From sequence record PV577657: 64,000 nt of DNA, one strand, 5' to 3'. The DNA is from Escherichia phage vB_EcoS_MM-1. The number at the start of each line of letters is the position of its first letter. Within the stretch, counting starts at the first letter, position 1. A model generated the notes under the pieces. That model searched no databases and was not told the origin of the DNA. It saw only the letters and a list, made by a program, of their open reading frames with translations. A program made the position numbers and the translations under genes. Positions 48,011 through 58,004 of this stretch are shown piece by piece.

Positions 48011-50341
48011 TTAAATAGTACAACCGCCTGATGCACAACCAGCTGCTTCTTCTCCAGCACCACCACCATTTGCGGTGTTGAAGTTAGCATAATACCAAGT
48101 TTTCCACCCGTATTTAACAGCAGTCATGAAATCACGAACTACTACTGGGCCAGGAATAATTTCATTCTCAAACTTGGTGTAGTCGTAGTACATATTAGTA
48201 CTAACAGACTGGCTGAAGAATTTCTGCATAGTTGCTACCCATTTGATCCACTCGATACGATCTACATCATAAGCCAATTTATAGCTCATTAACGTTTCCC
48301 AATCGGTTGCACCTGGAGCAATTGCAATTACTTTATTTACTGCACTACCCTTGATAGATACAATCTTACGAGGTGGTTCGATAGAGTTAGTAACACCTAA
48401 CAGAACAGAAGAACTTTCTCCCGGCATCTGAGCAGTCAGAACAGAGTTACGCATACCATATTTCAGAATATCTGCACGCAGAGACTCCCAGTCCATTTCT
48501 AGACCTACGGATACCAGCTCATCAACAGTTTTCTTGTACGTGTCGATTACCAGAATTCCTTTAGATGGTTTAGTACGATCAAACCACTCACATGCACCCT
48601 GTTCCTTAGCCAGGCGTACAGAGGCTTTATGCAGGAAGTAAGACAGTTTTTCAGCCTCACGGTGGATCCAGTTACGAGCTTCAATACCTTCGTAAGCCAG
48701 ACCTTCTGCTGCCATTGCACCTGCTGCGTTCATTAGGCCAATACCGACATTACGACGTTTCTTGGCCGTATATTCCATAGTTGGGAACGGATAATCCTGA
48801 ATTTCAATAATTGTATCAACAAACTTCAGAAGGATGTAGCAAGTTTTTTCCCACTCAGCCAGAGATTCCATGCGTCCAAGTACAACACCACCTAAGTTAC
48901 ACAGAGATACTTCACCAATATCCTCCGGCTTCATTTGATCAAGCTGCTCTTTTGTCTTATACAGCTCTGTGATATGATGGAACGGGCGAGTAGGCTGAGT
49001 AATTTCAACACAAAGGTTTGTCATACGGATCGGATCAAGGAAATTACCGTGACGATTAGATTCCCCGATGTGATGAGCATACATACGTCCTGTTTCCATT
49101 CGGATACGTAGCCAAGTATCTAGAATTTCTTTTGCAGAGACTTTAGGAGCTGCTGGAACTGTTTTTCCTTCATGGTCGATCTTTGTAAGAGATGCCACAC
49201 GTTTCTCCGCTGCCACGTAGATTTCTTCAAATTTAGCCTCGTCATCACTATAAAACGCTTCATGAACTTCTGGAGCATAGAAGTATGACATTAGCGTAAT
49301 ATCTTCATTTTTCAGATAACGTTTTAACAAAAGATTGTTGAAGCTCAGAGAATAATCCATCTTATCGATTTTATTCTCATCTGTAGCACGTTGTTGCTTA
49401 ACCTGCATCAATTGAATGATTTCAGGATCGAAATACGGATAAGACACTGTAGCAGAACCACCACGAGTTTGCTGAGTATTGGCCTTTACTGAGCGGTCAA
49501 TGTGTCGATAATATGGCAGTTTTCCGGAATGCGGGAATGCCCCATTTCGCACCGGATCAGCAATTGATCGGCTTTCAAGATGATACCCGATTCCCGCTCT
49601 GGCTGCGACCATTTTGAAGACGATGTGCTCGGCGGTGTCGATTGAATCCAACGTGTCAGTGGAATCCACGAGGCAGCAACTAGCAAATCCACGGTCACTA
49701 GAGCGCAGGCCAACCAGTGGCGGCGTAGGAACGTTGATTTTGTGGAGCGACATTGCGTTGTAGAGGTCGATTGCATCTAAAATTGTCCAATTAGGTTGAG
49801 ATAACATCGCCATTGCCATACCCATGTAGGCAAACTGCGGGGTTTCATAAATTTCACCAGTGGCTATATTACGACGGGAATACTTATCAAAGAACTGCTT
49901 CAGCCCACCACTAGTAAAAAGACGGTCACGATCATGGTCGATAACCTGATTCAGAGCTTCAAATTGCTCATCGGTAATCCATGCACTCATATCTTCCCAT
50001 GCACCTACACTAACCATGTGGTCATGGAAGAAGCGTAGAGAAGGTGGTTCGAAAGAATCATAAAGACGTTTACGCATTTGCGCAAGACGTAATTCCTTTG
50101 CTGGCACATCGTATGCTGGGTTATCTTTGATAAGACTTTCAGCAGCTTTAATTAATGCGTCCATCAGAGTGTCGGAATCTACAACCCCTTTAGGTAGAGT
50201 TTTTTGAGCAGCCATAGTAATGGCTGACCAGCTTACATCAACTGTTTTGCAACCATACTCTGCCCAACCATTGAGTTTTTCAGGAGCAAAGTCTTCTACA
50301 GTACCGTCACGTTTAATTACTTTTTCAATGCGATGGCTCAT
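48011..50341 (-). CDS. nrdA: ribonucleotide reductase class I large subunit
   Basis: starts 'MSHRIEKVIKRDGT' like NrdA; track's 35-aa N-terminal extension rejected because it spans a terminator hairpin. Confidence 0.8.
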   Translation of the reverse strand: MSHRIEKVIKRDGTVEDFAPEKLNGWAEYGCKTVDVSWSAITMAAQKTLPKGVVDSDTLMDALIKAAESLIKDNPAYDVPAKELRLAQMRKRLYDSFEPPSLRFFHDHMVSVGAWEDMSAWITDEQFEALNQVIDHDRDRLFTSGGLKQFFDKYSRRNIATGEIYETPQFAYMGMAMAMLSQPNWTILDAIDLYNAMSLHKINVPTPPLVGLRSSDRGFASCCLVDSTDTLDSIDTAEHIVFKMVAARAGIGYHLESRSIADPVRNGAFPHSGKLPYYRHIDRSVKANTQQTRGGSATVSYPYFDPEIIQLMQVKQQRATDENKIDKMDYSLSFNNLLLKRYLKNEDITLMSYFYAPEVHEAFYSDDEAKFEEIYVAAEKRVASLTKIDHEGKTVPAAPKVSAKEILDTWLRIRMETGRMYAHHIGESNRHGNFLDPIRMTNLCVEITQPTRPFHHITELYKTKEQLDQMKPEDIGEVSLCNLGGVVLGRMESLAEWEKTCYILLKFVDTIIEIQDYPFPTMEYTAKKRRNVGIGLMNAAGAMAAEGLAYEGIEARNWIHREAEKLSYFLHKASVRLAKEQGACEWFDRTKPSKGILVIDTYKKTVDELVSVGLEMDWESLRADILKYGMRNSVLTAQMPGESSSVLLGVTNSIEPPRKIVSIKGSAVNKVIAIAPGATDWETLMSYKLAYDVDRIEWIKWVATMQKFFSQSVSTNMYYDYTKFENEIIPGPVVVRDFMTAVKYGWKTWYYANFNTANGGGAGEEAAGCASGGCTI

Positions 50342-50410
50342 TTGGCTTTCCTTTTTATAGTTATCAGGATTTAAGGAATATTCTACTTTATTATCGGTCA
50401 TTAGGCAAAT

Positions 50411-50456
50411 AAAATTTTCTGATAGAAAAGGCCCGAGTATTTTCATACCCAGGCCT
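50411..50456 (-). terminator. rho-independent terminator
   Basis: aggcc / ggcct stem, U-run on minus strand. Confidence 0.45.
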
Positions 50457-50482
50457 GTATATTACCAGTCTAGCTTTTTAGC

Positions 50483-50704
50483 TTATTCAATTACTTTAGC
50501 TCTAGCTACTTCTTTTAATAGAATATCTATGGAGGTGCTCAGCTCGTTATAATTGAATGGTTTATTTGGATTTGAGGTTACAATTTTCCACGCTAGGGTT
50601 GTCTTAGGACTTTCTTCCCCTTCCTTACGTGTAATCATATTAGCAGCACTCAGTGAAGTACGATGTATTTTAGTTTTACGGCTCAGATGAACGACGTTTC
50701 CCAT
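50483..50704 (-). CDS. hypothetical protein
   Basis: start trimmed to ATG 1 nt after phoH stop, GGAAGG RBS. Confidence 0.35.
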   Translation of the reverse strand: MGNVVHLSRKTKIHRTSLSAANMITRKEGEESPKTTLAWKIVTSNPNKPFNYNELSTSIDILLKEVARAKVIE

Positions 50705-50705
50705 A

Positions 50706-51467
50706 TTACACCTTCCCCATGTCTTTAAAAATATCATAGAATGCTTTAGACTCAACAGAACGAACGTTATCAATCAATTCGATCATTGAGAATGGGGCAT
50801 TTTCGTATCTCTCATAGACTTCCATAAGGAGTGCTAGACCTGAGTCACCTTTAATGTCTTTCTGAGCTATATCTCCGCAGATAATTAAACGGCAGTCTTG
50901 TCCTACACGAGTTAGGAGACAAATCATTGCCTCAACGGAAATATTCTGAGCTTCATCGACAATTACATAGGAGTTGTTGAAAGTTCTGCCACGAGCATGT
51001 TCGATAGCCAAAAATTTAATTTTCTGACGTTCGACATATCCCTTATAGGCATGTTCGCCGATGGCCCATTTCATACCATCAGCTATTGGCTCCAACCAAG
51101 GCTCTAGCTTTTCTGCTAGATCACCAGGAAGCATACCAAGAGACTTACCTAGAGGTTCATTAGGACGTACGAGAATCACTTGCTCAATATCTGAGTGAAT
51201 GTCTACGAGTTCCTGAGCTGCAAGAACGGACGGAATAAAGGTTTTACCAGTACCTGGCTCACCGATACCCACAGTCACTGTGTTGTTCTTGATCATATTG
51301 ATATATGATTTTTGCTCGCGGTTTTTACCTACTAGGGATTTAGCAACTGGGTTAGCGTAATCATTAGAAAAATCAGCCTGAATTACGTTATTCTCATATT
51401 TGTTGCCACGCTTTCTTGAACCATTGCGGTTCTCTCTTTTTTGACGTGCTTTTCCCATAAATAACAC
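50706..51467 (-). CDS. phoH: PhoH-like ATPase
   Basis: Walker A 'GEPGTGKT', 'VIVDEAQN' Walker B. Confidence 0.7.
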   Translation of the reverse strand: MLFMGKARQKRENRNGSRKRGNKYENNVIQADFSNDYANPVAKSLVGKNREQKSYINMIKNNTVTVGIGEPGTGKTFIPSVLAAQELVDIHSDIEQVILVRPNEPLGKSLGMLPGDLAEKLEPWLEPIADGMKWAIGEHAYKGYVERQKIKFLAIEHARGRTFNNSYVIVDEAQNISVEAMICLLTRVGQDCRLIICGDIAQKDIKGDSGLALLMEVYERYENAPFSMIELIDNVRSVESKAFYDIFKDMGKV

Positions 51468-51752
51468 TCCTATAGTGTACTTCGCTAACAGAGGATCAAC
51501 AAAAAGATCTTGTTTATCAACTTACAAATATATTATACCAATATATACAGTAAAAAGCAACTACAATTTTAAATAAGCCTATGATATTGCATTTAAATAA
51601 AAAATTTGCTTGCTTTTAACGTGAGATGTGTGATACTAGATAATCATTTTATATCGCGTGTACGAGTGCGTGATTATACAATTTTTAATAGAGATTGGCA
51701 AATAAAATTTTTTGACTCAGATCATGTTACAGAACTTTATAGTAAAATATTG

Positions 51753-51781
51753 TTGACATCCGCCCTCGAATGAGTTATAAT
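51753..51781 (+). promoter_or_regulatory. promoter of nrdD
   Basis: TTGACA, 17-bp spacer, TATAAT. Confidence 0.6.
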
Positions 51782-51810
51782 AGTAGTCTTAGTTAGAGAA
51801 GGAGAGTATA

Positions 51811-53685
51811 ATGAATCGCAATGAAGAACTAAAGTATAAAGAAATGCAGGCGTTAATTAGAAACTGCAAAGAGATTATCGAAGGGTCAGCAGATGAAGAG
51901 CTGCTGTTTAATAATGCCAATAAACCCTCAGAACGTTTCCCTACTCAGAGGGATATGCTTGCAGGTGAATTGAGTAAGTATCTGATTCTAGAAGAAATGC
52001 CAATTCAGATTCGAAATGCTCATATGATTGGGGATATTCATTTCCATGATGCTGATTATGCTGCATTAGGCATGACTAATTGTTGTCTGGTAGCTCTGGA
52101 AGATATGTTGAAGAATGGTATGAAGGTTGGTAATGCTGAAATTAGCCCTCCAAACTCTATCACTACTGCAGCGGCTATTACTGCTCAGATTATCACTCAA
52201 GTTAGCTCCCATCAGTATGGTGGCACTTCCGTGGATCGCCTTGATGAAGTATTAGCTCCTTATGTTCGTAAATCCTATGACAAAAATCATGCGTTTGCAA
52301 AACGTTGGACTAAGGATGAGGCCAAAGCATCAGTAATGGCTACGGAGATGACTGAAAAAGAAGTCTATGATGCTTGTCAGGGTCTAGAGTATGAAATCAA
52401 TACGATGTTCAACTCTAATGGTCAGAGTCCATTTATTACCTTTGGTTTTGGTCTAGGAACTTCTTGGGAAGCACGTCTAGTACAGAAAGCAATACTGAAA
52501 GTACGCATGGATGGTTTAGGTATCAATAAACGTACAGCTATCTTCCCGAAACTGGTATTTGTACTTCGTGATGGCGTAAATATGAAACCAGGAGATGTTA
52601 ATTATGACATCAAGAAGTTAGCTATGAAATGTACTGCTGAACGTATGTATCCAGATTATATCAGCTATGACAAGGTTGTAGAAGTTACTGGAGACTATAA
52701 AGTTTCTATGGGCTGTCGTTCATTCCTAGCTGCTACAGAAGATGGTGAAACTGCCGGTCGTAATAACTTAGGTGTTGTTTCTGTAAACTTGCCTAGAATT
52801 GCTATCGAAGCTGAAGGAAATATTGATCTATTCTTTGATTTGCTTGAGCTACGTGTGGATACAGCGTTAAAAGCATTGGAGTGGAGAGTTGATCGCTTAA
52901 AATACATCCAAGCTAAAGCTGCACCTATCCTCTATATGTCAGGAGCCTTTGGTTTACGCTTGGAGCCTGATGAATATGTATTCGATCATTTCTATAACCG
53001 TGCTTCTGTATCTCTAGGGTATATTGGTTGTCATGAAATGCTACAGTTCATGTTTGGCAAAGATGTAGACACAATGTCCGAGACCTGCATCAAGTTTGTT
53101 CAGCGTGTATTGCAGTATATGCGAGATAGAGTCGATCAAAAGAAGGAAGAGACTAAGTTAGGTTATAGCCTATATGCTACACCATCAGAATCCCTATGTG
53201 ACCGGTTTTGTCGTCTAGACCGTGAATATTTTCCAGAGCATGAAGATATTCTGTCCAAAGGATACTATACTAACTCTCACCACCTTGATGTGGAACGTAA
53301 AGTTGCTCCTAACGTGAAATTTGATTATGAATCTAACTTTACTCCGATTGCTTCTGGTGGGTGTATTTCCTATGTAGAACTACCGGATATGAAACGATTC
53401 CCAGATGCACTGGAATGGGTTATTAATTATGCTGCTAGTAAGGTTCACTACTTCGGTATTAATACTCCAGTAGATTCTTGTGGTAAATGTGGATTCTTAG
53501 GTGAAACAATAGCATCCGAAGATGGATTTAAGTGCCCTATCTGTGGCAACCATGACCCCGAAACTCTTGAAGTGACTCGTCGAGTTTGTGGGTATCTTGG
53601 AAATCCAGGTGCTCGTCCATTTAACCCAGGCAAACAGCATGAGGTTATGAGCAGGGTGAAACATCAGGATATTCGAGCTAAATAA
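51811..53685 (+). CDS. nrdD: anaerobic ribonucleoside-triphosphate reductase
   Basis: 624 aa; C-terminal glycyl-radical motif 'RVCGYLG'. Confidence 0.8.
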   Translation: MNRNEELKYKEMQALIRNCKEIIEGSADEELLFNNANKPSERFPTQRDMLAGELSKYLILEEMPIQIRNAHMIGDIHFHDADYAALGMTNCCLVALEDMLKNGMKVGNAEISPPNSITTAAAITAQIITQVSSHQYGGTSVDRLDEVLAPYVRKSYDKNHAFAKRWTKDEAKASVMATEMTEKEVYDACQGLEYEINTMFNSNGQSPFITFGFGLGTSWEARLVQKAILKVRMDGLGINKRTAIFPKLVFVLRDGVNMKPGDVNYDIKKLAMKCTAERMYPDYISYDKVVEVTGDYKVSMGCRSFLAATEDGETAGRNNLGVVSVNLPRIAIEAEGNIDLFFDLLELRVDTALKALEWRVDRLKYIQAKAAPILYMSGAFGLRLEPDEYVFDHFYNRASVSLGYIGCHEMLQFMFGKDVDTMSETCIKFVQRVLQYMRDRVDQKKEETKLGYSLYATPSESLCDRFCRLDREYFPEHEDILSKGYYTNSHHLDVERKVAPNVKFDYESNFTPIASGGCISYVELPDMKRFPDALEWVINYAASKVHYFGINTPVDSCGKCGFLGETIASEDGFKCPICGNHDPETLEVTRRVCGYLGNPGARPFNPGKQHEVMSRVKHQDIRAK

Positions 53686-53727
53686 GCTAATCAGCCGGGT
53701 TGCTAGTCGACCTGGCTTTTATTTTAT

Positions 53728-53756
53728 TTGCTTTCAGCCAAAAATTTATATATAAT
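53728..53756 (+). promoter_or_regulatory. early promoter
   Basis: TTGCTT, 17-bp spacer, TATAAT, conserved leader tttgagaggag. Confidence 0.55.
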
Positions 53757-53784
53757 AGATTTATAAATTTGAGAGGAGAAAGAT

Positions 53785-54165
53785 ATGGAATTAAAGCCCT
53801 ATATAGTTGAATCTACATGTGGTAGTTTCCATCTGGGTGTAGATGATATTGCTGAGGCTGTCTTTGCTGCCACAGGTGATTACTCGCATATAGAGGGTGT
53901 TGCATATCCTACTATTATTGGCGATTGGGTGGGAACAAATCTAGATGTATCACCTTATAATCCATATTGCTTGTTTGATGAAGACAGAGATGAAGTAAAA
54001 TGTAATCTTGAATTTGTGTATAATAGAGTGCTAAAAGTATACCAACGTAGCCCCCATGGGTACGAAGATATTACTTGGAGTATTAAACAATATCTTAAAG
54101 ATGTATACTCTAGTTTTTCTGATGAAGACCTAGAAACAGTTGCAGTGGAGTTTAATAATGACTAA
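53785..54165 (+). CDS. hypothetical acidic protein
   Basis: 126 aa. Confidence 0.5.
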   Translation: MELKPYIVESTCGSFHLGVDDIAEAVFAATGDYSHIEGVAYPTIIGDWVGTNLDVSPYNPYCLFDEDRDEVKCNLEFVYNRVLKVYQRSPHGYEDITWSIKQYLKDVYSSFSDEDLETVAVEFNND

Positions 54166-54364
54166 GAATGTGAAACACCTTAAATATCGCTTAATTTACA
54201 ACGGACGTATGGAAACGGAAGACCTGGCCAAATTAGCTATTAACTCTAATGAGGTTACAGTGCGTGCGCTGGCAATTGAAAAGTTGCGTGCCTCTTATGA
54301 AAATCGTGTTATGGAACTAGAGGAGAAACTTTATGGCATTCTCGAAGCCGATGCTACCAGATAA
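54158..54364 (+). CDS. hypothetical protein
   Basis: ATG after GGAG RBS; overlaps upstream stop. Confidence 0.4.
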   Translation: MTKNVKHLKYRLIYNGRMETEDLAKLAINSNEVTVRALAIEKLRASYENRVMELEEKLYGILEADATR

Positions 54365-54554
54365 GGGTTTAAACGCCGCTTTGGAAAACGCATTAATGCA
54401 GCACTGGGAAACTGGCTATAAGGATGGTGTTGAATCCTGCGCTACTATGCTAGAAGTTATTGCTAATACCTTAATGGAGAAAGGCAATAAAGAATTAGCT
54501 GAGCTATTAGACAGTATTGGGCAAAACTTCAGAGAACAGGTGAAAAATGCGTAG
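54333..54554 (+). CDS. hypothetical protein
   Basis: 73 aa. Confidence 0.4.
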   Translation: MAFSKPMLPDKGLNAALENALMQHWETGYKDGVESCATMLEVIANTLMEKGNKELAELLDSIGQNFREQVKNA

Positions 54555-55383
54555 ATTAATTATTATTAGCGGTGCAGGTTTGAGTGTTGAAAGTGGTGTA
54601 CGAGCTTTTCGTACTGATACTGCTAGTGGTAAAGCATTGTGGGATGACTATGATCTAGAAGAAGTATGTAATATTCATGCCTTTCGTGGTAATTTTTATC
54701 ATAAAACCCACATGTTTTACAACAAGCGTCGTGAAGAGCTAAAAACTGTTGAACCCAATCTTGCGCATTTGCGTATTGGTGAATGGTATAAACAATATCC
54801 AGGTCAAGTAGTAAACTTGACTACCAACGTTGATGACCTTATTGAGCGTGCTGGCGTCCCACATAGTGACATTCTGCACATTCACGGATATTTAAAAGAG
54901 GTTGTTGTAGCTGATAGCTACAATAGTAGCAATAAACGGATTATTGATGTAGGATACAATTCTATTGATCCAGATGATTATAAATGGGTTAAACCTAATG
55001 TAATCTTCTTTGGAGAGCATGCTCCTGCATACGCAGAAATGTATAATGTTTTTGATGGTATTACCAGTCAAGATATGATCATTGTGGTTGGTTGCTCTAA
55101 CCAAGTAATTAACTTCTACTGGGAATTATTTCCTGTTCTTAATTTGACTGCTGCGAAACTTATGGTTGTTAACTACTATGATAGTGCCCTCGCAGCGGAA
55201 CCGGTCTATCAAGGTATGACTCGTAGTGAGATGTACCAGCTGGAGGAACGCGGTATCCCTTACTGGAGTAAAGGTGCGGTAGATGCTTTCAGTGACCCTG
55301 ATTTTATTGCTCGTGTAGAAGCTCATTTAGAGGGTAGACCTTATGTGTCGAGAAGCAAGAGAAACAGGTATGTCCATAGTTAA
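54547..55383 (+). CDS. Sir2-family (sirtuin-like) protein without Zn-ribbon
   Basis: 'GAGLSVESGVRAFR', 'TTNVDDLIERAG', 'HIHG'; no CxxC...CxxC pair. Confidence 0.65.
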   Translation: MRRLIIISGAGLSVESGVRAFRTDTASGKALWDDYDLEEVCNIHAFRGNFYHKTHMFYNKRREELKTVEPNLAHLRIGEWYKQYPGQVVNLTTNVDDLIERAGVPHSDILHIHGYLKEVVVADSYNSSNKRIIDVGYNSIDPDDYKWVKPNVIFFGEHAPAYAEMYNVFDGITSQDMIIVVGCSNQVINFYWELFPVLNLTAAKLMVVNYYDSALAAEPVYQGMTRSEMYQLEERGIPYWSKGAVDAFSDPDFIARVEAHLEGRPYVSRSKRNRYVHS

Positions 55384-55552
55384 ATCTGTATATACACATC
55401 CCGACGATATATTTGTATGGGCAGATGGTAGTTGGTGCTATCGCTGTGAGCTGTGGGAGATGGACTATAAATCCGATGACTATGGTGTTATATATGTTGA
55501 TACGGTTGAGTATGATACGTTCTTAGAAAGGAACAAAAATGGAAATAAGTAA
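55343..55552 (+). CDS. hypothetical protein
   Basis: 69 aa; start uncertain. Confidence 0.35.
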   Translation: MCREARETGMSIVKSVYTHPDDIFVWADGSWCYRCELWEMDYKSDDYGVIYVDTVEYDTFLERNKNGNK

Positions 55553-56045
55553 TACTCCAATTATTTTTCTAGATATTGATGGGGTGCTCAATTCGAGCAT
55601 CTCCCACCATCATGCACCTGATGACGAAAAGATTTTCTTTGGAAGTGACTGGGTTTTCAAGCCGCTTCTCAAGGCTTTTCAGGACTTTATTCGTCCTTCT
55701 CCAATAATGATTGTTGGAGTATCATCTTGGTTCTCTGTCAGAAATGAGATGGAGAACGTTCAGATTATGACCGGATTAGGTCTTATCGATCGTTTTCTTG
55801 GTACAACGGATTTTACTGGGGGTGGGTTATCTAGGGGTAATTCTGTCCTTCGCTTCGTTGAAAAGCATAAGCTCAAACATTGGTGTGTTCTGGATGACGC
55901 TGGTGCTATGATGTATCAGTATCCAACGGTTATAGTCAACGGTAGAACTGGAATAAATCTTCAAGATTTAATGGCTGTTAGCTATATGTTAGAGTTTAGT
56001 CCAGATCTTGAAATGTGTAAATCCTTACAACAATTTAAGGTGTAA
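55539..56045 (+). CDS. HAD-superfamily hydrolase-like protein
   Basis: motif I 'FLDIDGVLN', later 'VLDDAG'. Confidence 0.5.
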   Translation: MEISNTPIIFLDIDGVLNSSISHHHAPDDEKIFFGSDWVFKPLLKAFQDFIRPSPIMIVGVSSWFSVRNEMENVQIMTGLGLIDRFLGTTDFTGGGLSRGNSVLRFVEKHKLKHWCVLDDAGAMMYQYPTVIVNGRTGINLQDLMAVSYMLEFSPDLEMCKSLQQFKV

Positions 56046-56047
56046 AT

Positions 56048-56476
56048 ATGTTCAATAATGTATTCTCTAAAGAAGCTAACCCAATTTTGGTTAACTTTTG
56101 GCGTACTCTCCCAGCTAGCCTGTATAATGAGGCTATTAACTCCTTGAAAATATGGTGTGAGAATAACGAAATCTCCTTTGCTTTTAAAGATGATATTGAT
56201 GAGGCCCCCTGTATTGGTTTAATTGTGCAGGTAGAGGATGGTCTTGAAGAGATTGTCGGCTGGAAAGAGTTAGATGAAATGGGCTTAATTTTTGCGTTAA
56301 ACTATAAGCTGTTTATGCCTGCTAAGCATCGCCTAGTTGTTAACTATAAAACTAGTGAATCTCCTGGTTTTCAGGTTAATGAACGTTATGGTTGGTCTTA
56401 CTCACCGGAAGAAGTAAATGAGGGGATTCAGAAACTTCGACGTTTCGGGTATATGATCCCAGGTTTAACTGCTTAA
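56048..56476 (+). CDS. hypothetical protein, paralog A
   Basis: 142 aa; shares 'PCIG...GWKELDEMGLIFALN...PGL' pattern with the next gene. Confidence 0.5.
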   Translation: MFNNVFSKEANPILVNFWRTLPASLYNEAINSLKIWCENNEISFAFKDDIDEAPCIGLIVQVEDGLEEIVGWKELDEMGLIFALNYKLFMPAKHRLVVNYKTSESPGFQVNERYGWSYSPEEVNEGIQKLRRFGYMIPGLTA

Positions 56477-56485
56477 GGAGGCAGA

Positions 56486-56877
56486 ATGGAACAAGTATAT
56501 TGGCGTCAGATTGACCCTAGTTTGGTGAAACGTGCGGAGAAGCTGCTACAACGTTGGTTGTGGGTAAGACAAGCCTCCTTCACTTTTCCGAGCAGCAAAC
56601 AGATGATCCCTGTATTGGTGTTTTCCTATCCGGCTACGCCGGGGAATGGGAATTGGATTGGAATGAATTGTCTGCTATGGGTTTAATTGTTGCCCTAAAT
56701 TTCTCTTTGTTCCATCCACGTGGGTTGGCCATACGTCGTGTGCCGGGTGATGGTTGTTCGCCCCATTTTTTACAGGTGGAAGATGATATTTGGGAGTACA
56801 CTCCAGATATTCTCGCAGAAGCTAAAGAACAATTAAATCGTGTTGGGATTTATGTTCCAGGCCTAAATGATGAATGA
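56486..56877 (+). pseudogene. paralog B with an internal frameshift
   Basis: N-terminal homology in the frame starting 56486, remainder in the frame starting 56554; switch near 56555-56575. Confidence 0.4.
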
Positions 56878-57016
56878 TTTTTATTAGCTGAAATTTGTAA
56901 TCCGGGCTATTAGTGCTCGGATTATTACATAATCTTTTCAGTCGATTGACAGTCAAAATAAATTGTCGTTGACAATTTGGATGGATTATGTAATAATATA
57001 TGTATTGGAGGTGAGG

Positions 57017-57469
57017 ATGTCATTCACACAGCAAGAACTTTTAGATAACTTCCGATATGAAGATGGTAAGTTATTTAGAACTACAGGAAGAAATGCAGGG
57101 AAAGAATGTTGTGTTTCTACAGGTAACGGATATTATCGTATATCTCTAGGGAATAGGACTATGCTTCGGCATAGAGCAATATTTTTAATGCATCATGGAT
57201 ACTTACCTGATTTAGTAGATCATGTGAATACTATAAAAGGTGATGATCGTATTGAAAATCTTAGAGAGCAGACAGTATCCGGTAATCTAAGAAATATCAA
57301 ATATAAGAAAGGAATGCATGTTTACCCTTCTGGTAGTAAGAACTGGCAAGTGGTATTTACTATTAACCGTAAACGTATAGTTAAAGGAACATATGACAAC
57401 TATGAGGTTGCATGTTCTATGGCCAAGATGTTTAGAGGTCAATTATACGGTAGGGAATCAATCCAGTAA
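57017..57469 (+). CDS. HNH homing endonuclease
   Basis: 'HHGYLPDLVDHVNTIKGDDRIENL'; GGAGGTGAGG RBS. Confidence 0.55.
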   Translation: MSFTQQELLDNFRYEDGKLFRTTGRNAGKECCVSTGNGYYRISLGNRTMLRHRAIFLMHHGYLPDLVDHVNTIKGDDRIENLREQTVSGNLRNIKYKKGMHVYPSGSKNWQVVFTINRKRIVKGTYDNYEVACSMAKMFRGQLYGRESIQ

Positions 57470-57479
57470 AATTTCATTT

Positions 57480-57509
57480 GCAAGGGAGTATTATTTTATA
57501 GTATAATAT
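57480..57509 (+). promoter_or_regulatory. early-type promoter
   Basis: TTGCAA, 18-bp spacer, TATAAT, then conserved leader without an ORF. Confidence 0.45.
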
Positions 57510-58004
57510 TCCCATAAATGAGAGACATTAGTAAAAATTGATTTTGCTAATTTTTCTTGTTTACAATCCGCGATACGGAACAGTTAGGCTGCCCCATTAA
57601 GGGTTGTTTTAACTGTTACGTGTTAGTTTTTAAACAAATAGTTAATAGAATACTTAGCGATCTACATCCCGTAGGAACCCTGGTAAGGCCTCGAAGCAAC
57701 CTAGTGTGAGGTGGTTGTGAAGTGAGACGGGAAGAGTGAAAAACTCTGAGAAGTGATGACGTAAGGTATACTGCATCTAGTATGAGCTAGTACATGAAGC
57801 ATTAGGTGAGCAAATCTGGCTTAGCGGCCATCCTCAAGGATTTGTGCGGTATAGTGAAGCGGCAGTGTAGCGTGAAAGGGGAAGTTGCCACCCCCCTTCA
57901 GTATTTGCGATTAATTTGTTGAGAAATTGACAGTAACAGTTGTTCTATTCTTTCTGAATAGTCCTAAAGAAAACTTATTTCATTTCCAACACAGGAGTAT
58001 TGTT

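Noticed and set aside
50342-50446. 35-aa N-terminal extension of nrdA in the ORF track
   Set aside because: The extension reads through a terminator hairpin; an NrdA-like N-terminus with a good RBS begins at 50341
56963-58004. Group I intron carrying the HNH endonuclease
   Set aside because: No split host gene: the upstream ORF terminates normally and the helicase-like gene has its own RBS and start, so the HNH gene appears free-standing; the structured region is kept as an ncRNA or leader candidate
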